Positions 1 to 10,690 of a stretch of 64,000 nucleotides of DNA are shown in pieces. The stretch's first letter is position 1. The number at the start of each line of letters is the position of its first letter. The notes beneath the pieces are model-generated. The model saw only the letters and a list, made by a program, of their open reading frames with translations. It had not been told where the DNA came from and did no database searches. The position numbers were made by a program, and so were the translations under genes. Source of the stretch: an uncultured delta proteobacterium (GTDB lineage Bacteria; Myxococcota; B64-G9); assembly GCA_963754925.1 (NCBI GenBank), contig CAVWHX010000004.1:128001-192000 (forward strand), written 5' to 3'.

Positions 1-1092
1 ACCGGTCGATGACGCTATCGTCCGCAGATCAACCAGGCACATATGGGTATTGGTGCCCCCGTAGGCGAGGGTCAGGCCGTTATCCGTGAAGCCCTTGGCC
101 AGGGCCTGCGCGTTTGCCAAGACCAGGCGCTGTAAAGCACGGAACGCATCCGTCTTGGCGTACTCCATGGCCACTGCTTTGGCGGCCAACACATGGATGT
201 GCGGCCCGCCCTGTTCGCCCGGAAAGACGCCGAAGTCGAGCTTGGCGGCTATGGCGGGATCGGTCGAGAGGAGCACCGCACCGCGCGGCCCGCATAATGT
301 TTTGTGGGTGGTGAAGCTCACCACGTGGGCATACCCAACCGGGTTATTCAACAATCCGGCAGCGATCATTCCGGCGAGGTGGGCGATGTCGGCCAGCAAA
401 ATGGCTCCGCACGCATCGGCTGCCTGGCGCATGCGCGCCCAGTCAATGTCGTAGGGGTAGGCTGAGAACCCGCCGATCAGAAGTTTCGGCCGCGCTTTGA
501 GAGCCAGCGCTTCAATGGCATCATAGTCCAACTGGCCGGCGCGGGAGAGTTGATACGAAACGACGTTAAAGGTTGCCCCCGAGCGGTTGACGCGAGAGCC
601 GTGGGTCAGGTGGCCGCCGTGGGTGAGCTCCGCCCCCATGACGGTGTCGCCCGGTTTGCAAAAAGCGTTGTAGACCGCGTTGTTGGCAGCCGCGCCAGAG
701 AGCGGTTGAACATTAACGAAGATCGCGTCGGCGCGCACGCGCTCGTTCGCAAACAGCTCGGCCGTGCGGCGCCGCGCGACCGACTCGAGAATATCGACAT
801 ACTCGCAACCCTTGTAGTAACGCCGGTTTGACAGGCGCCGGAAGTGAACGAGTTGATGCGCGTAGGAGGTGAGTCGCGCCGTCGGCTCGACCAACGTGCG
901 CGGCGAGGGGTATCCTTCGGCATAGATATGACCGAACTCAGAGGCAAGCGCCGCACGCACCGGCGGCGGGCATAGACTCTCGCTCGCGATAAAGATCAGC
1001 TTGCGTCGCTGGCGCTCTGCTTCCCGACAGATAATATCGTGTATGAAAGGATCAAGTTCATTGAGTGATTGCGTTGGGTAAAGCTCGGACAT
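1..1092 (-). CDS. glyA: Serine hydroxymethyltransferase, N-terminal part (runs off the left edge)
   Basis: Manual translation from ATG at 1092: LIFIASES, YAEGYP...RYYKGCEY, NVQPLSGAAAN, GGHLTHG, LADIAH, SFTTHKTLCGPRG (PLP lysine), FPGEQGGP. Missing from the ORF track because there is no stop in the window. Confidence 0.95.
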   Translation of the reverse strand, partial: MSELYPTQSLNELDPFIHDIICREAERQRRKLIFIASESLCPPPVRAALASEFGHIYAEGYPSPRTLVEPTARLTSYAHQLVHFRRLSNRRYYKGCEYVDILESVARRRTAELFANERVRADAIFVNVQPLSGAAANNAVYNAFCKPGDTVMGAELTHGGHLTHGSRVNRSGATFNVVSYQLSRAGQLDYDAIEALALKARPKLLIGGFSAYPYDIDWARMRQAADACGAILLADIAHLAGMIAAGLLNNPVGYAHVVSFTTHKTLCGPRGAVLLSTDPAIAAKLDFGVFPGEQGGPHIHVLAAKAVAMEYAKTDAFRALQRLVLANAQALAKGFTDNGLTLAYGGTNTHMCLVDLRTIASSTG

Positions 1093-1202
1093 TGCATCCG
1101 CAACCTAGCGCCTTTTACCAAACGATGCAACTAGTACATGTTCATCAGTACCTATCTACGATGGGTGTGATAGGGTTGCCACGCCCAAACGACAACAGTT
1201 CG

Positions 1203-1231
1203 TTGACGCTCAAATAAAACTCCTGTACAAG
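1203..1231 (+). promoter_or_regulatory. Putative sigma70 promoter for rseP-tsaB
   Basis: TTGACG-N17-TACAAG, 40 nt upstream of the rseP start. Confidence 0.4.
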
Positions 1232-1270
1232 AGGGACTGTCGGATTTGTTTATTAAGGAAACGGTGGCGA

Positions 1271-2959
1271 ATGCAGAGCATTTTTTGGGGCATCATCTTA
1301 ATTGGAATATTGATCTTTGCACATGAACTCGGTCACTTCTTGTTCGCCAAGCTCTTCAAGGTAACGGTATTGACCTTCAGCCTGGGCTTTGGCGGGCCGA
1401 TTCGCATCGGTAATCTAAAGCTGTCCGTTCAATGGGGCGACACCGAATACCGCATTGCCTGGTTTCCGATAGGCGGCTTGGTGCGCATGCTGGGTGATGA
1501 AACAACTGAACAGGTGCCGGAAGCGGACCGCGGCCGATCTTTTCTGGCTCAGCCGCTCTACAAACGTTTCCTGATCATTCTCGCGGGGCCTCTCTTTTCG
1601 GTGCTGCTGGCCCTGCCGATTTTCTTCGTCCAAAGCGTATCCCAGGGCCTTGCGCCGTCGCCTATGATTGGCATGGTTGTTCCCGGGTCGCCCGCTGCGG
1701 CGGCAGGTATTCGTCCGGATGATTTCGTAGTTTCGATCTCCGGCAAGCGGGTTGAAACCTGGGAAGATGTTGAAGACGGGATTAACTCCTCTCACGGTAT
1801 GCCGGTGGCTCTTGAAGTTATGCGCGGCGCGGAAACCGTTCGCACGCAGCTTGCCCCGGTTGAAGAGCTGGACGAAACCGGCCTCAACCTGCTCGGCGAA
1901 CGCTGGGACGTCGGCATACGCCACGAGCGTCAGGGAATCGTCCTGGGCGTCGTAACGCCGGATTCGCCAGCCGCTCAAGCTCACTTGAGCTTGGGGGACC
2001 GGGTGGTTTCTATTGCAGGGACATCGGTCAAGGATTGGTCGGACATAGCGGCGATCCTACTTCAGAAGGGCCTTCAGCCGATACCGCTGCAGGTGGTGCA
2101 CGATGACCCTATTCCGGTGGGTGCGGTCACCCTGCATATACCGGTGGTCGTTGAAACCACGGTCCATCCCCTTCCAGCGGAAGCAGCCCCGGCAGGGGTC
2201 TGGCGCACCCCGGAGGCGTACACCGGCATCGAGCCGAGCGATCTGTACATCGATGGCGTCATCGAAGGTTCGCCAGCCGCCACTCATGGTATTCAGCGCG
2301 GCGACAAGATCATGGCGGTCTTCGGCGCCCCGATCCAAAGTTGGGAACAGTTTTCCCGCGCCGTGGCGACACACCCGAAGGAAGAAATCCCGATCCAAAT
2401 ACGACACAACGGACAGCTGCGCGATATTCAATTCACGCCATCACCCATTAATCCATCCAACGGTTCTCAGCTGACGCCAACCCGGCTCGGTTTTGGCGTC
2501 GAGCACGAAGCCAACCTCCTCCCCGGACAAAGCATTCCGCGCCCGCACCGCCTGATGTATGGGCTTCGACAATCGATGATCATGACGGGCACGGCCGTCT
2601 ATATGAACGTGATGGGCTTTGTGCGCCTGTTCCAAGGACGAGTCGCGCCGAGCGAGGCCATTGGCGGGCCGATCATGATAATATCGATTGCCGGCGAGTC
2701 GGCTAAGAAGGGCATCGGGAACTTTTTAAATTTAATGGCGTTCATCAGCGTCTTGTTGGGGTTGCTGAATCTGTTACCAATCCCTATTTTGGACGGGGGG
2801 CAGATCGCTTTTATCGTTGCCGAGGCGGTCATGCGCCGCCCCCTTTCTCAGAAGACACGGATGGTGGCAAGTTACATAGGATTGGTGTTACTCATCACTT
2901 TGATGGCCTTTGCTTTTGCTTTCGACATCAACCGCTTTCTGCCGGGTATATTTAAGTAG
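1271..2959 (+). CDS. rseP: RIP/site-2 zinc metalloprotease RseP with about three PDZ domains
   Basis: HELGH zinc motif, FSLGFG, C-terminal NLLPIPILDGG, three GSPA/DSPA PDZ-type segments. Confidence 0.95.
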   Translation: MQSIFWGIILIGILIFAHELGHFLFAKLFKVTVLTFSLGFGGPIRIGNLKLSVQWGDTEYRIAWFPIGGLVRMLGDETTEQVPEADRGRSFLAQPLYKRFLIILAGPLFSVLLALPIFFVQSVSQGLAPSPMIGMVVPGSPAAAAGIRPDDFVVSISGKRVETWEDVEDGINSSHGMPVALEVMRGAETVRTQLAPVEELDETGLNLLGERWDVGIRHERQGIVLGVVTPDSPAAQAHLSLGDRVVSIAGTSVKDWSDIAAILLQKGLQPIPLQVVHDDPIPVGAVTLHIPVVVETTVHPLPAEAAPAGVWRTPEAYTGIEPSDLYIDGVIEGSPAATHGIQRGDKIMAVFGAPIQSWEQFSRAVATHPKEEIPIQIRHNGQLRDIQFTPSPINPSNGSQLTPTRLGFGVEHEANLLPGQSIPRPHRLMYGLRQSMIMTGTAVYMNVMGFVRLFQGRVAPSEAIGGPIMIISIAGESAKKGIGNFLNLMAFISVLLGLLNLLPIPILDGGQIAFIVAEAVMRRPLSQKTRMVASYIGLVLLITLMAFAFAFDINRFLPGIFK

Positions 2960-2968
2960 GATACCTCG

Positions 2969-3691
2969 GTGAACCTGCTTGCCCTGGATACCGCCACCGC
3001 CGTTACCTCGGTCGCGTTGCTCGCCGACCGGCGGGTGCTGTGTAGCCGCCTCGAACCGTCGAAAAGCCACTCGACCACGCTGTTGCCGATAATCGATGCG
3101 CTCCTCGGCCAGGTTGGCTGGGGGCGCCGCGCCGTCGAAGCGGTAGCGGTCGGCATTGGGCCGGGATCGTTCACCGGGGTGCGCATCGGCCTCACCGTGG
3201 CAAAGACCCTCTCCTATGCCTTGTCCGTTCCGCTCGTCGGTATTTCGAGCTTGCGCGCTCTGGCCGAGAATGCGCTCGCTCTCCCAACCGTTGATGGGCT
3301 TGAGGTTTGCCCAATCCTCGACGCACTTAAAAATGAAATCTACGCTGCGCGTTTCACCTTCGCCGGTTCGGCCGCAACCCTGACTGCCGCAACCGTCCTT
3401 GATGCCGAGGCCGCAACGCCGCCCGCACAATTCGCACAACGGCTTGCGGAAGGAACAGCACCGGTGGCGCTTTTGGGTAACGGCCTGACGCGCTACCGCG
3501 ACCTATTCGCCGATGCGCTCGGCGCCCGGGCCATTATCCCCGATGACCCACAGCTCCATCAGATCCAAGCTTCTGCAATCGGGTTGCTGGCCCTTCCGCG
3601 TTTGGCAGCCAACGATACCGACTCCCCGCACCGTCTGGAGCCGTTGTACTGCCGGCTGTCCGAGGCGGAGCTCGCTCGAATGAAGACGTGA
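2969..3691 (+). CDS. tsaB: tRNA t6A biosynthesis protein TsaB
   Basis: LLALDTAT, SHSTTLLP, GIGPGSFTGVRIG, LEPLY. Confidence 0.95.
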   Translation: MNLLALDTATAVTSVALLADRRVLCSRLEPSKSHSTTLLPIIDALLGQVGWGRRAVEAVAVGIGPGSFTGVRIGLTVAKTLSYALSVPLVGISSLRALAENALALPTVDGLEVCPILDALKNEIYAARFTFAGSAATLTAATVLDAEAATPPAQFAQRLAEGTAPVALLGNGLTRYRDLFADALGARAIIPDDPQLHQIQASAIGLLALPRLAANDTDSPHRLEPLYCRLSEAELARMKT

Positions 3692-3719
3692 TTGTATTCC
3701 GCTTGGAACGAATCCGCGC

Positions 3720-4484
3720 TTACCCTTCCATCATTTTCCTGACCATCTCCAGCGCGGTCCTTGTCTGTGGCTCGAAGAAGACCTTGAAGTTCGAGCGCCA
3801 GTCTGTTTCCTTGAGGTATTTTCTCATTCTCTCGGCTGCAGGAAACCTCAGGCCTTGTTTGAGATTCATAAAGGCGCGGCCGGGGTTGTCTATCCAGGTC
3901 GTGATGATCTCTTTTGCCCGGGGAATGAGTTGCTCATCCGTAACCAGCTCATCGACCAAACCGAGCGCCTGCGCTTTTTCAATAGTGTGTCGTTCGCCGA
4001 AATACATGACCTCCTGAAACTTTTTATTGCCGTCAAGACCGAATCTCATGATCTCCGTCTGCACCACCGAAAGGCCGAGGCCGATTTTAATCTCGCTCAT
4101 ACCGATCTGAATCTTTGGATGGTTTTTGCACACGCGATAATCGGACGCCATGGCCAGAATGAGCCCGCCGGCCATGGCCGCTCCGTTGATCGCCGCCACA
4201 ACGGGCTTTTTGCACATGAAAAAATCTATGAATATGTCTTCGGCCTCTTCAAAAAACGCCAGTACCTCTTTGAGATCCTTGAAGCCCAAAAACATCGGCA
4301 GATCAAAACCCGAGCAGAATACCCTGGCGGCGCCGGTCAGGATCAGCCCTTTTATCTCGTCGACCTCATTTACTTTCTTGATAATTGCGCTCAGCTGTTT
4401 GAGCGAATCGTGGGTTATGGAGTTGAATTTTCCGTTATCGAACGTTGCAATAATGATGTTGTCTTCCATTCTCTCATTGATCAT
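3720..4484 (-). CDS. Enoyl-CoA hydratase/isomerase (crotonase) family protein
   Basis: FCSGFDL, KPVVAAINGAAMAGG, SEIKIG, GLVDELV. Confidence 0.9.
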   Translation of the reverse strand: MINERMEDNIIIATFDNGKFNSITHDSLKQLSAIIKKVNEVDEIKGLILTGAARVFCSGFDLPMFLGFKDLKEVLAFFEEAEDIFIDFFMCKKPVVAAINGAAMAGGLILAMASDYRVCKNHPKIQIGMSEIKIGLGLSVVQTEIMRFGLDGNKKFQEVMYFGERHTIEKAQALGLVDELVTDEQLIPRAKEIITTWIDNPGRAFMNLKQGLRFPAAERMRKYLKETDWRSNFKVFFEPQTRTALEMVRKMMEG

Positions 4485-4552
4485 GGGCAGCTCCTAATCT
4501 ATGAAATTCACGACCGTACGTATCACATAAAAGCCTAAGAGTAACCTCCCAC

Positions 4553-6016
4553 CTATGTGAACATCGCCTTGACGAACGCCTCGGGCTCGAACGGCCGCAG
4601 ATCATCGACGTGCTCGCCTATGCCGATGAAACGCACGGGAATGCCGAAGGTGTCGCATATGCCGATGATGACCCCGCCCTTGGCGGTTCCATCGAGTTTG
4701 GTGAGTACGATACCGGTGAGGTTAAGCGTCTCGTGGAACTGCTTGGCCTGATTGATGGCGTTTTGGCCGGTGGTGGCGTCGAGCACCAGGAACACCTCGT
4801 GGGGCGCGCCCGGGAGCGCCTTGCCGCAGACGCGCTGCACCTTGCGCAGCTCCTCGACCAGGTTTACCTTGGTGTGCAACCGGCCGGCCGTGTCGGCGAT
4901 CACCATATCGGCACCCTGGCTCTTGGCCGCGCTGATCGCGTCGAAGATCACCGCTCCGGGATCCGCGCCTTCTTGCCCACGAATGACCTGGGCCTTGGCG
5001 CGCTTGCCCCAGATATCAAGTTGCTCTTCGGCCGCGGCCCGGAACGTGTCACCGGCCGCAAGGATCACCTTCTTTCCTTCCTGGGTGTAGCGCTGGGCCA
5101 GTTTGCCGATGGTGGTGGTTTTCCCCGTGCCATTTACCCCAACCACCAGAATTACCAATGGCTTCGCCTTGGCTATGTCCAAGGGAGGCGCCTTGACCTC
5201 GAGCATGCTGCGGATCTTGCCCTGAAGGGCGGTAAACAGCATTGCGGTGTCAGAGCGCTCCCTCTGGTCGAGCTCGTTCTGCAGAAAATCAATCAGGCGT
5301 TGCGAGGTACGCGGTCCGATATCGGCGGTAAAAAGGATTTCCTCAAGTTCCTCAACCACCGATTCACTGAGCGCCCCGCGGCTAAACAGCCGGCTCAAGG
5401 AGGACACAAAGCCCTCACGGCGGGTTTTCTGCAAACCATCCTCAAGGCTGTGGGGGCCAACATCGGGCGAAGGCCTGTGCTCCGGCTCTCGCGTGGGGGC
5501 TTCTTTCGGCTGAGGCTCGGGTGCCGCGGTCGGCGGTGCGGCGCCGGGAGGGGGCTTCTGCGGCGCCGGGGGCGGTTCAACCGACGGCGGCGGCACCAGT
5601 TTGAGGACCGGTTGTTGCGGCGAGCGCTGCTTGACAACCGGCTGTTCATCGCGCCGCTTGCGCGCCCGTTCCAGAAGTTCGGTTTGCAGATCCACTTCGG
5701 GCCGACCCGGTTCCTCGTCTTCCCCTTCCCCGGTAGCACCTTCTGCTTCTTCCGAATCCTGATCGCTGGTTCGTCGGCGCGCCTCGACCCACAGCCGAGC
5801 AGACTCCGCAGCCTCTTGTTGTTCTTCTTCGATGCCGCCCAAGCGACCCTTGCTCGAGAGCAACTTTTTACGAACGGCCGCGATGATAAGCCAGCCAAAC
5901 AACACCGCCACCGCACCCGCTACAACGGCACCAACCATGCCGCCATCGTCCGCGCCGGCGGTCGCTGCGCCGGCTCCCCAAACGGCTCGCAGCAATGGAT
6001 CAAGAAAAGAAATCAT
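4553..6016 (-). CDS. ftsY: SRP receptor FtsY with N-terminal transmembrane segment and acidic/Pro-rich linker
   Basis: GVNGTGKTTT, DTFRAAA, DTAGRL, TKLDGTAKGG. Confidence 0.97.
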   Translation of the reverse strand: MISFLDPLLRAVWGAGAATAGADDGGMVGAVVAGAVAVLFGWLIIAAVRKKLLSSKGRLGGIEEEQQEAAESARLWVEARRRTSDQDSEEAEGATGEGEDEEPGRPEVDLQTELLERARKRRDEQPVVKQRSPQQPVLKLVPPPSVEPPPAPQKPPPGAAPPTAAPEPQPKEAPTREPEHRPSPDVGPHSLEDGLQKTRREGFVSSLSRLFSRGALSESVVEELEEILFTADIGPRTSQRLIDFLQNELDQRERSDTAMLFTALQGKIRSMLEVKAPPLDIAKAKPLVILVVGVNGTGKTTTIGKLAQRYTQEGKKVILAAGDTFRAAAEEQLDIWGKRAKAQVIRGQEGADPGAVIFDAISAAKSQGADMVIADTAGRLHTKVNLVEELRKVQRVCGKALPGAPHEVFLVLDATTGQNAINQAKQFHETLNLTGIVLTKLDGTAKGGVIIGICDTFGIPVRFIGIGEHVDDLRPFEPEAFVKAMFT

Positions 6017-6036
6017 CGTGGATCGCCTCGGAGATG

Positions 6037-9000
6037 CTAGCGTGCCGCTTGCCGGGAGGGTTCTTCTTGACTCTTGAGTTGTATGGTGACCACGGTCGAG
6101 ATGCCGGGCTCTTCCATAGTAATGCCGTAGAGCCGGTCGAGCATCTCCATGGTGCGCTTGCTATGGGTGATCAGGATAAACTGGCTGCCTGCACTCATCT
6201 CCCGCACCATCGCGTTGAAGCGGTCGATGTTGACGTCGTCGAGCGGCGCATCGACTTCATCGAGCAAACAAAACGGCGTCGGCTTAATTAAAAAGATCGC
6301 GAAGAGCAACGCCACTGCGGTCAGCGCCTTCTCACCGCCGGAAAGTAGGTCGATGCTCTGGAGCTTTTTACCCGGGGGTTGGGATACAATGTGCACGCCC
6401 GCTTCAAGAACATCCTCGGCTTCTTCGAGCGTCAAGTACGCTCTGCCGCCGTTGAACAAGCGCGGGAAGACCTCCTGGAATTTGGCGTTGATCGCCTCGA
6501 AGGCCTCGGCAAATCGCGCGCGGCTGGTACGATTGATCTTCTGGATTACCTTCTGTAGTTTTTGAAGCGAGTCGTTGAGGTCCTGACTCTGCGTGTTGAG
6601 AAACTCGTAGCGTTTCAAAAGCTCCTCGTACGCCTCGACCGCATTGGGATTCACCTCGCCTAAGCGTTCGATTTCCGTACGGAGTTTATCGGCTCGGGCG
6701 AGGGTGTCGGGAGTCGGCGTCGGCAGGAGATGATAGGCCAGCAAACAGCTCTCAATTTCGCATTTGTTGCGCCGTAGGACGTCTTCCTGCAGGTGTTTGC
6801 ATTCGAGTTCAATCTCGTGGAGCCGCAGGACGGCCTCGTTCAGCTCGCGCGTGACCCGATCCAGGCTGTGGCGGAGCTCCTTGAGCTGGCTTTCATCGGC
6901 ATGAACCTGCGCCAGGAGTTCTTCATACGCCGAGCGCAACTGCGATAATTCGCCCTGCTGTTGTTCGCGCTGGGTGAGCAAGTGCGAGATTTCCCGGCGG
7001 CTTTCTTCGATACGCTCCTTGGCTTGAACTGACTGCTGGTTGCAGGCGATGACGTCGGCGCGTAGCTTTTCAATACGCTGTTCGAGATCCATGCGGGTGC
7101 CGGAAAGGTGTTCGAGGCTCTGTCCGGCGGCCTCGAGTTTCTCGCGGCTTTGCGCGTGTTGAACCTTGAGCTCGATCACATCCTGACTCAATAGAGCCTG
7201 GCAGCGTTTTTCCTCATCGAGCGCACCCCGACAGGTGCGAATGTTTTCGTCAAGCTCATGCTGGCGCACGCTGGCTTTCGCGAGCAGCTCGCGGCTGCGC
7301 CGCTGATCGTGCTGAACGCTCTCGATTTCGTGGCGAAGTTTCTGGCAGCTGAAATTGATCTCTTCGAGTCGCGCGGAGAACAGGCCTACCTGATCGGTTA
7401 GGTGATTCAGGTCTTTCTGGTGGTCGACGATGCGCAGCTCCTCGTCGTGCGAGTTTTGCTGGAGGGTGCCGATTTCCGCCGTGAGCTGTGCGACCTGCGC
7501 TTTAAGCTGTCCGCAGAGTTCTTTTGATATGACCGATTCAGCATCGAGATCCTGCAGGAGATCCTGCAGCTCCCGTATCTCGCGCTTGTTCTCGAGCAGG
7601 TGGGTGGCCGGACCTTCGAGCGAACCGCCGGTGAGCACCCCCTGCGGTTCCAGAACGTCGCCTTCGAGTGTCACCAGGGTGGCTTTATGCCCGTTGGCCT
7701 GCCAAACCGCCAGGGCGGCGGGCAGATCTTCGACCACCACCACATCACCCATCAGATAGTGCAAGACGTTGTCATATTGAGGCTCATACGAAATCAAACC
7801 CTGCAGCGGACCGATAACACCGGGTCCATGAACCGCCGAGAGATCGGTGTCCTCAGCCTCTCGTAACGATAACGGGATGAACGACGAGCGCCCTTCGGCG
7901 GCTTTCTTGAGGTAGTCCACCGACGCAAAGCCAACTTCCTGCGAGCGCACCACCACACTCTGCAACCGATCCCCCAACACCGCCTGCACCGCCGTCTCGT
8001 AGCGCGACGGCGCTTGCAGTATGTCGGCCACCAAACCGACCACGGGCGCCTGATCCTCCTCCACGCGCGCGTTTTTCATCACCCAACGCACCCCGCTCAG
8101 GCAACCGGCATAGGTGCGTTCGAGTTCCTGCAAAGACTCGAGCCGGGAGCGCCGGTGGCCGATCTCATCGCGCAGCGATAGGCTCTTGGCTTCGACCATG
8201 GCGAGCTGGGCTTGGAGTTCGCTGAGCGAATTCTCCTGCACCGAGCGCCGCTCGACCAGCGATTGGTGCATTTGGCGCAGTTGGCTGAGACTCTCGCTCT
8301 CGGACCCTTTCTTCTGCTGGGCTTCAGACAAGCGCTGCTGCACCGCGGCGCGTTCACCTTCGGCCTGGGCATAACGCCCCTCCAGATCGATCAGCCGCTG
8401 ATCCAAATGAGTCAATCGGCTTTTATGACCGGCGGCTTCCTCACCCAGGGTGGCTTGCTCCTGGCGCTGCAGTTCAATTTCCGCGGCGAGCTGATTAACC
8501 TTTTGACCCTGCTTTTGCAAATCCTCTTCGCGTTCACGCAGGCGTATATCGGCGCTCGCAGCCACTTCGCGTTGCGTGGCGAACCCTTCCTGCGCCGCCG
8601 CAACCTCGTTGGCAAGCCCGGCCAACTTGGCACGCAGATCCTCTATCTCCAGGGCTGATTGCCGCGAACGTCCCCCCTGCGCGTCAAGCTCCTTGCTCGA
8701 GAAACTCGATGTTCTTCTCGTTGAGGTTTACCTGATTGTCGGTGGCAAAAAGCGCTTCCTGGCGCGTTGAAAGGACGCGGTCATCATCGAGCAACTTCGT
8801 CCGACGCTCCTCCAGCGAAACCTCCAGGCGGGCCTGTTGGCTCTGGCGCTCGGTCTGCTCGGTGGACAACCGCTGCTGCTGCTGTTGGAGATAGCGCTGC
8901 GCGGCCGCAAGCTCGAGAAATTTATGGGTCGCAACATGCAACTCGATCTCGTACAACTGGTCGCGCAACTTGCGATAGCGGGCGGCCTTTCGAGCCTGGC

Positions 9001-9628
9001 GTTGGAGGGAATCGATGTTCCGTTTTATCTCGATGATAACGTCGGTAACCCGCAGGAGGTTTTGTTGGGTCTGCTCCATTTTGCGTTCGGCGATCTTCTT
9101 GCGGGCTTTATACTTGCTGATACCGGCGGCTTCCTCGATCAACGCCCGGCGTTCCTGGGGCTTCTGACTGACCAGCAGACCCACTTGACCCTGACCAATG
9201 ATCGAGTACGCGTGGGTGCCGACGCCGGTGCCCAAAAACAAGTCCTGGACATCAAGCAATCGGCAGGGGGTGCGGTTGATTGAATACTCGCTCTCGCCTG
9301 AGCGAAACAACCTCCTGCCAGCGGTAATCTCGGGGTAGGCGGCGTACTCGGGCGGGACGTTGCGGCCGTCGTTCTCGAACGTGATAAAGACTTCGGCCAT
9401 GCCGAGCGGCGGCCGGCTCTCGCTGCCGGCAAAGATGACTTCCTCCATAATTTTGGCGCGGAGGCTGCGGGGGTTTTGCTCGCCCATGACCCAGCGGATG
9501 GCGTCCACGATGTTGCTCTTGCCACAGCCGTTTGGCCCGACGATACCGGTGATACAATCGTCAAAACGTAATTTGGTTCGCTCGATGAAAGATTTAAACC
9601 CGATTATCTCCAGGCGACGTATTTTCAA
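6037..9628 (-). CDS. smc: Chromosome segregation protein SMC, split by one frameshift near 8695
   Basis: Walker A GPNGCGKSN in 8684..9628; coiled coil, hinge, LSGGEK and LLDEVDAPLD in 6037..8625; removing one base near 8695 joins the frames (...IEFL-SKELDAQG...). Confidence 0.95.
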
Positions 9629-9731
9629 CGAGACACCCCTCGGTGGACCAATCCCTGTGCCAAGGTTCCAACAAACAAACCATGCTTGCGTTCAAGTAAC
9701 ATTTTGATTGAAAGAAGTAAAGGGCTAGTCT

Positions 9732-10574
9732 TCACTCGATATCTCGTCGGCTCGCGTTGCCGAGGAACTCTTTGAACAGCGCATGGGTCCTCAACCCATC
9801 GAACATGGAATCATCCAAGAGCCAGTTCTGAACTTTTTTAAGATCTATCGCCGCCGCCTTATGCAATTGGGCAAGCGCCAGGTCGATCTCGCCGCGATTG
9901 GCATGAATAGCGGCCAGGTTATAATGCGCGTGCAGATTGTCCGGCTGGCGCTTGAGGACCGTGGTCAGAATCGTCATGGCCTGATCGTAGAACCCGGCCT
10001 GGATAAAGGCCATGGCGAGATCGGTTTCAATCTCTGCTTCCTTCGGGAGGCTCACGAGTGCCAGCTTCAGTCGCTTGATGGCCTCGTGGATTTGACCGTG
10101 GTCCATTAAAAAAATACCGAATTCGTGGTTGGCGAAGGGATCGTCCGGTTCGAGCGCCAGCGCCGCTTTAAACATCTGTTCAGCTTCGCGATACTCTCCG
10201 CGATCCGCGTAGGTACAGGCGAGTTGGATGAGTATGTCGAGCCCTTCGGGGTCTTGATTGAGCGCGGTCTGCAGTTCGCCAAGAGCGAGGGCCGAACCGC
10301 ATTGAGAGAGAAGAACCCCTAAATGGTAATGCGTCGTCGGATCCTCGGGCGCGAGGCGGACCGCGGCAAGGAGATCTTCGAGCGCATCCAGGCTGCGGCC
10401 CTGCTCAAGGTACACGCTCGCCCGGTTGATGCGCGGGAAGGGCGAGCTTCGATCCAGATCGATGGCGCGTCCGAATTCGCGCAGCGCTTCTTCCAGCCAG
10501 CCGCGGTTGGCTAATTCGATCCCGCGCTGATTCAAGGTTTCACTGCTGCCCGTGCGATTTGATTCGTTACGCAT
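9732..10574 (-). CDS. Tetratricopeptide repeat protein
   Basis: Repeated helical units with ALxLxP/AHYNLA TPR signatures. Confidence 0.85.
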   Translation of the reverse strand: MRNESNRTGSSETLNQRGIELANRGWLEEALREFGRAIDLDRSSPFPRINRASVYLEQGRSLDALEDLLAAVRLAPEDPTTHYHLGVLLSQCGSALALGELQTALNQDPEGLDILIQLACTYADRGEYREAEQMFKAALALEPDDPFANHEFGIFLMDHGQIHEAIKRLKLALVSLPKEAEIETDLAMAFIQAGFYDQAMTILTTVLKRQPDNLHAHYNLAAIHANRGEIDLALAQLHKAAAIDLKKVQNWLLDDSMFDGLRTHALFKEFLGNASRRDIE

Positions 10575-10690
10575 CGTGCAGGACTATACTGCGGGATGGT
10601 CGAAGAATCAAGAGACACTTTTTCTTGTAAATCCTGAAGGTTCTTTTAATCAAAATCGTGGTACTGGCCGAGGAGAACTACAAATACTTT

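Noticed and set aside
4610..6040. Long antisense ORFs (e.g. 4610..6040 +, 35487..36458 -, 43267..44268 -, 47334..48272 -, 50094..51434 -)
   Set aside because: Shadow frames of GC-rich real genes, with no recognisable motifs.
9646..9662. Sigma54 promoter upstream of smc (TGGCACAGGGATTGGT)
   Set aside because: The -12 element is GG rather than GC and the site is too close to the RBS.
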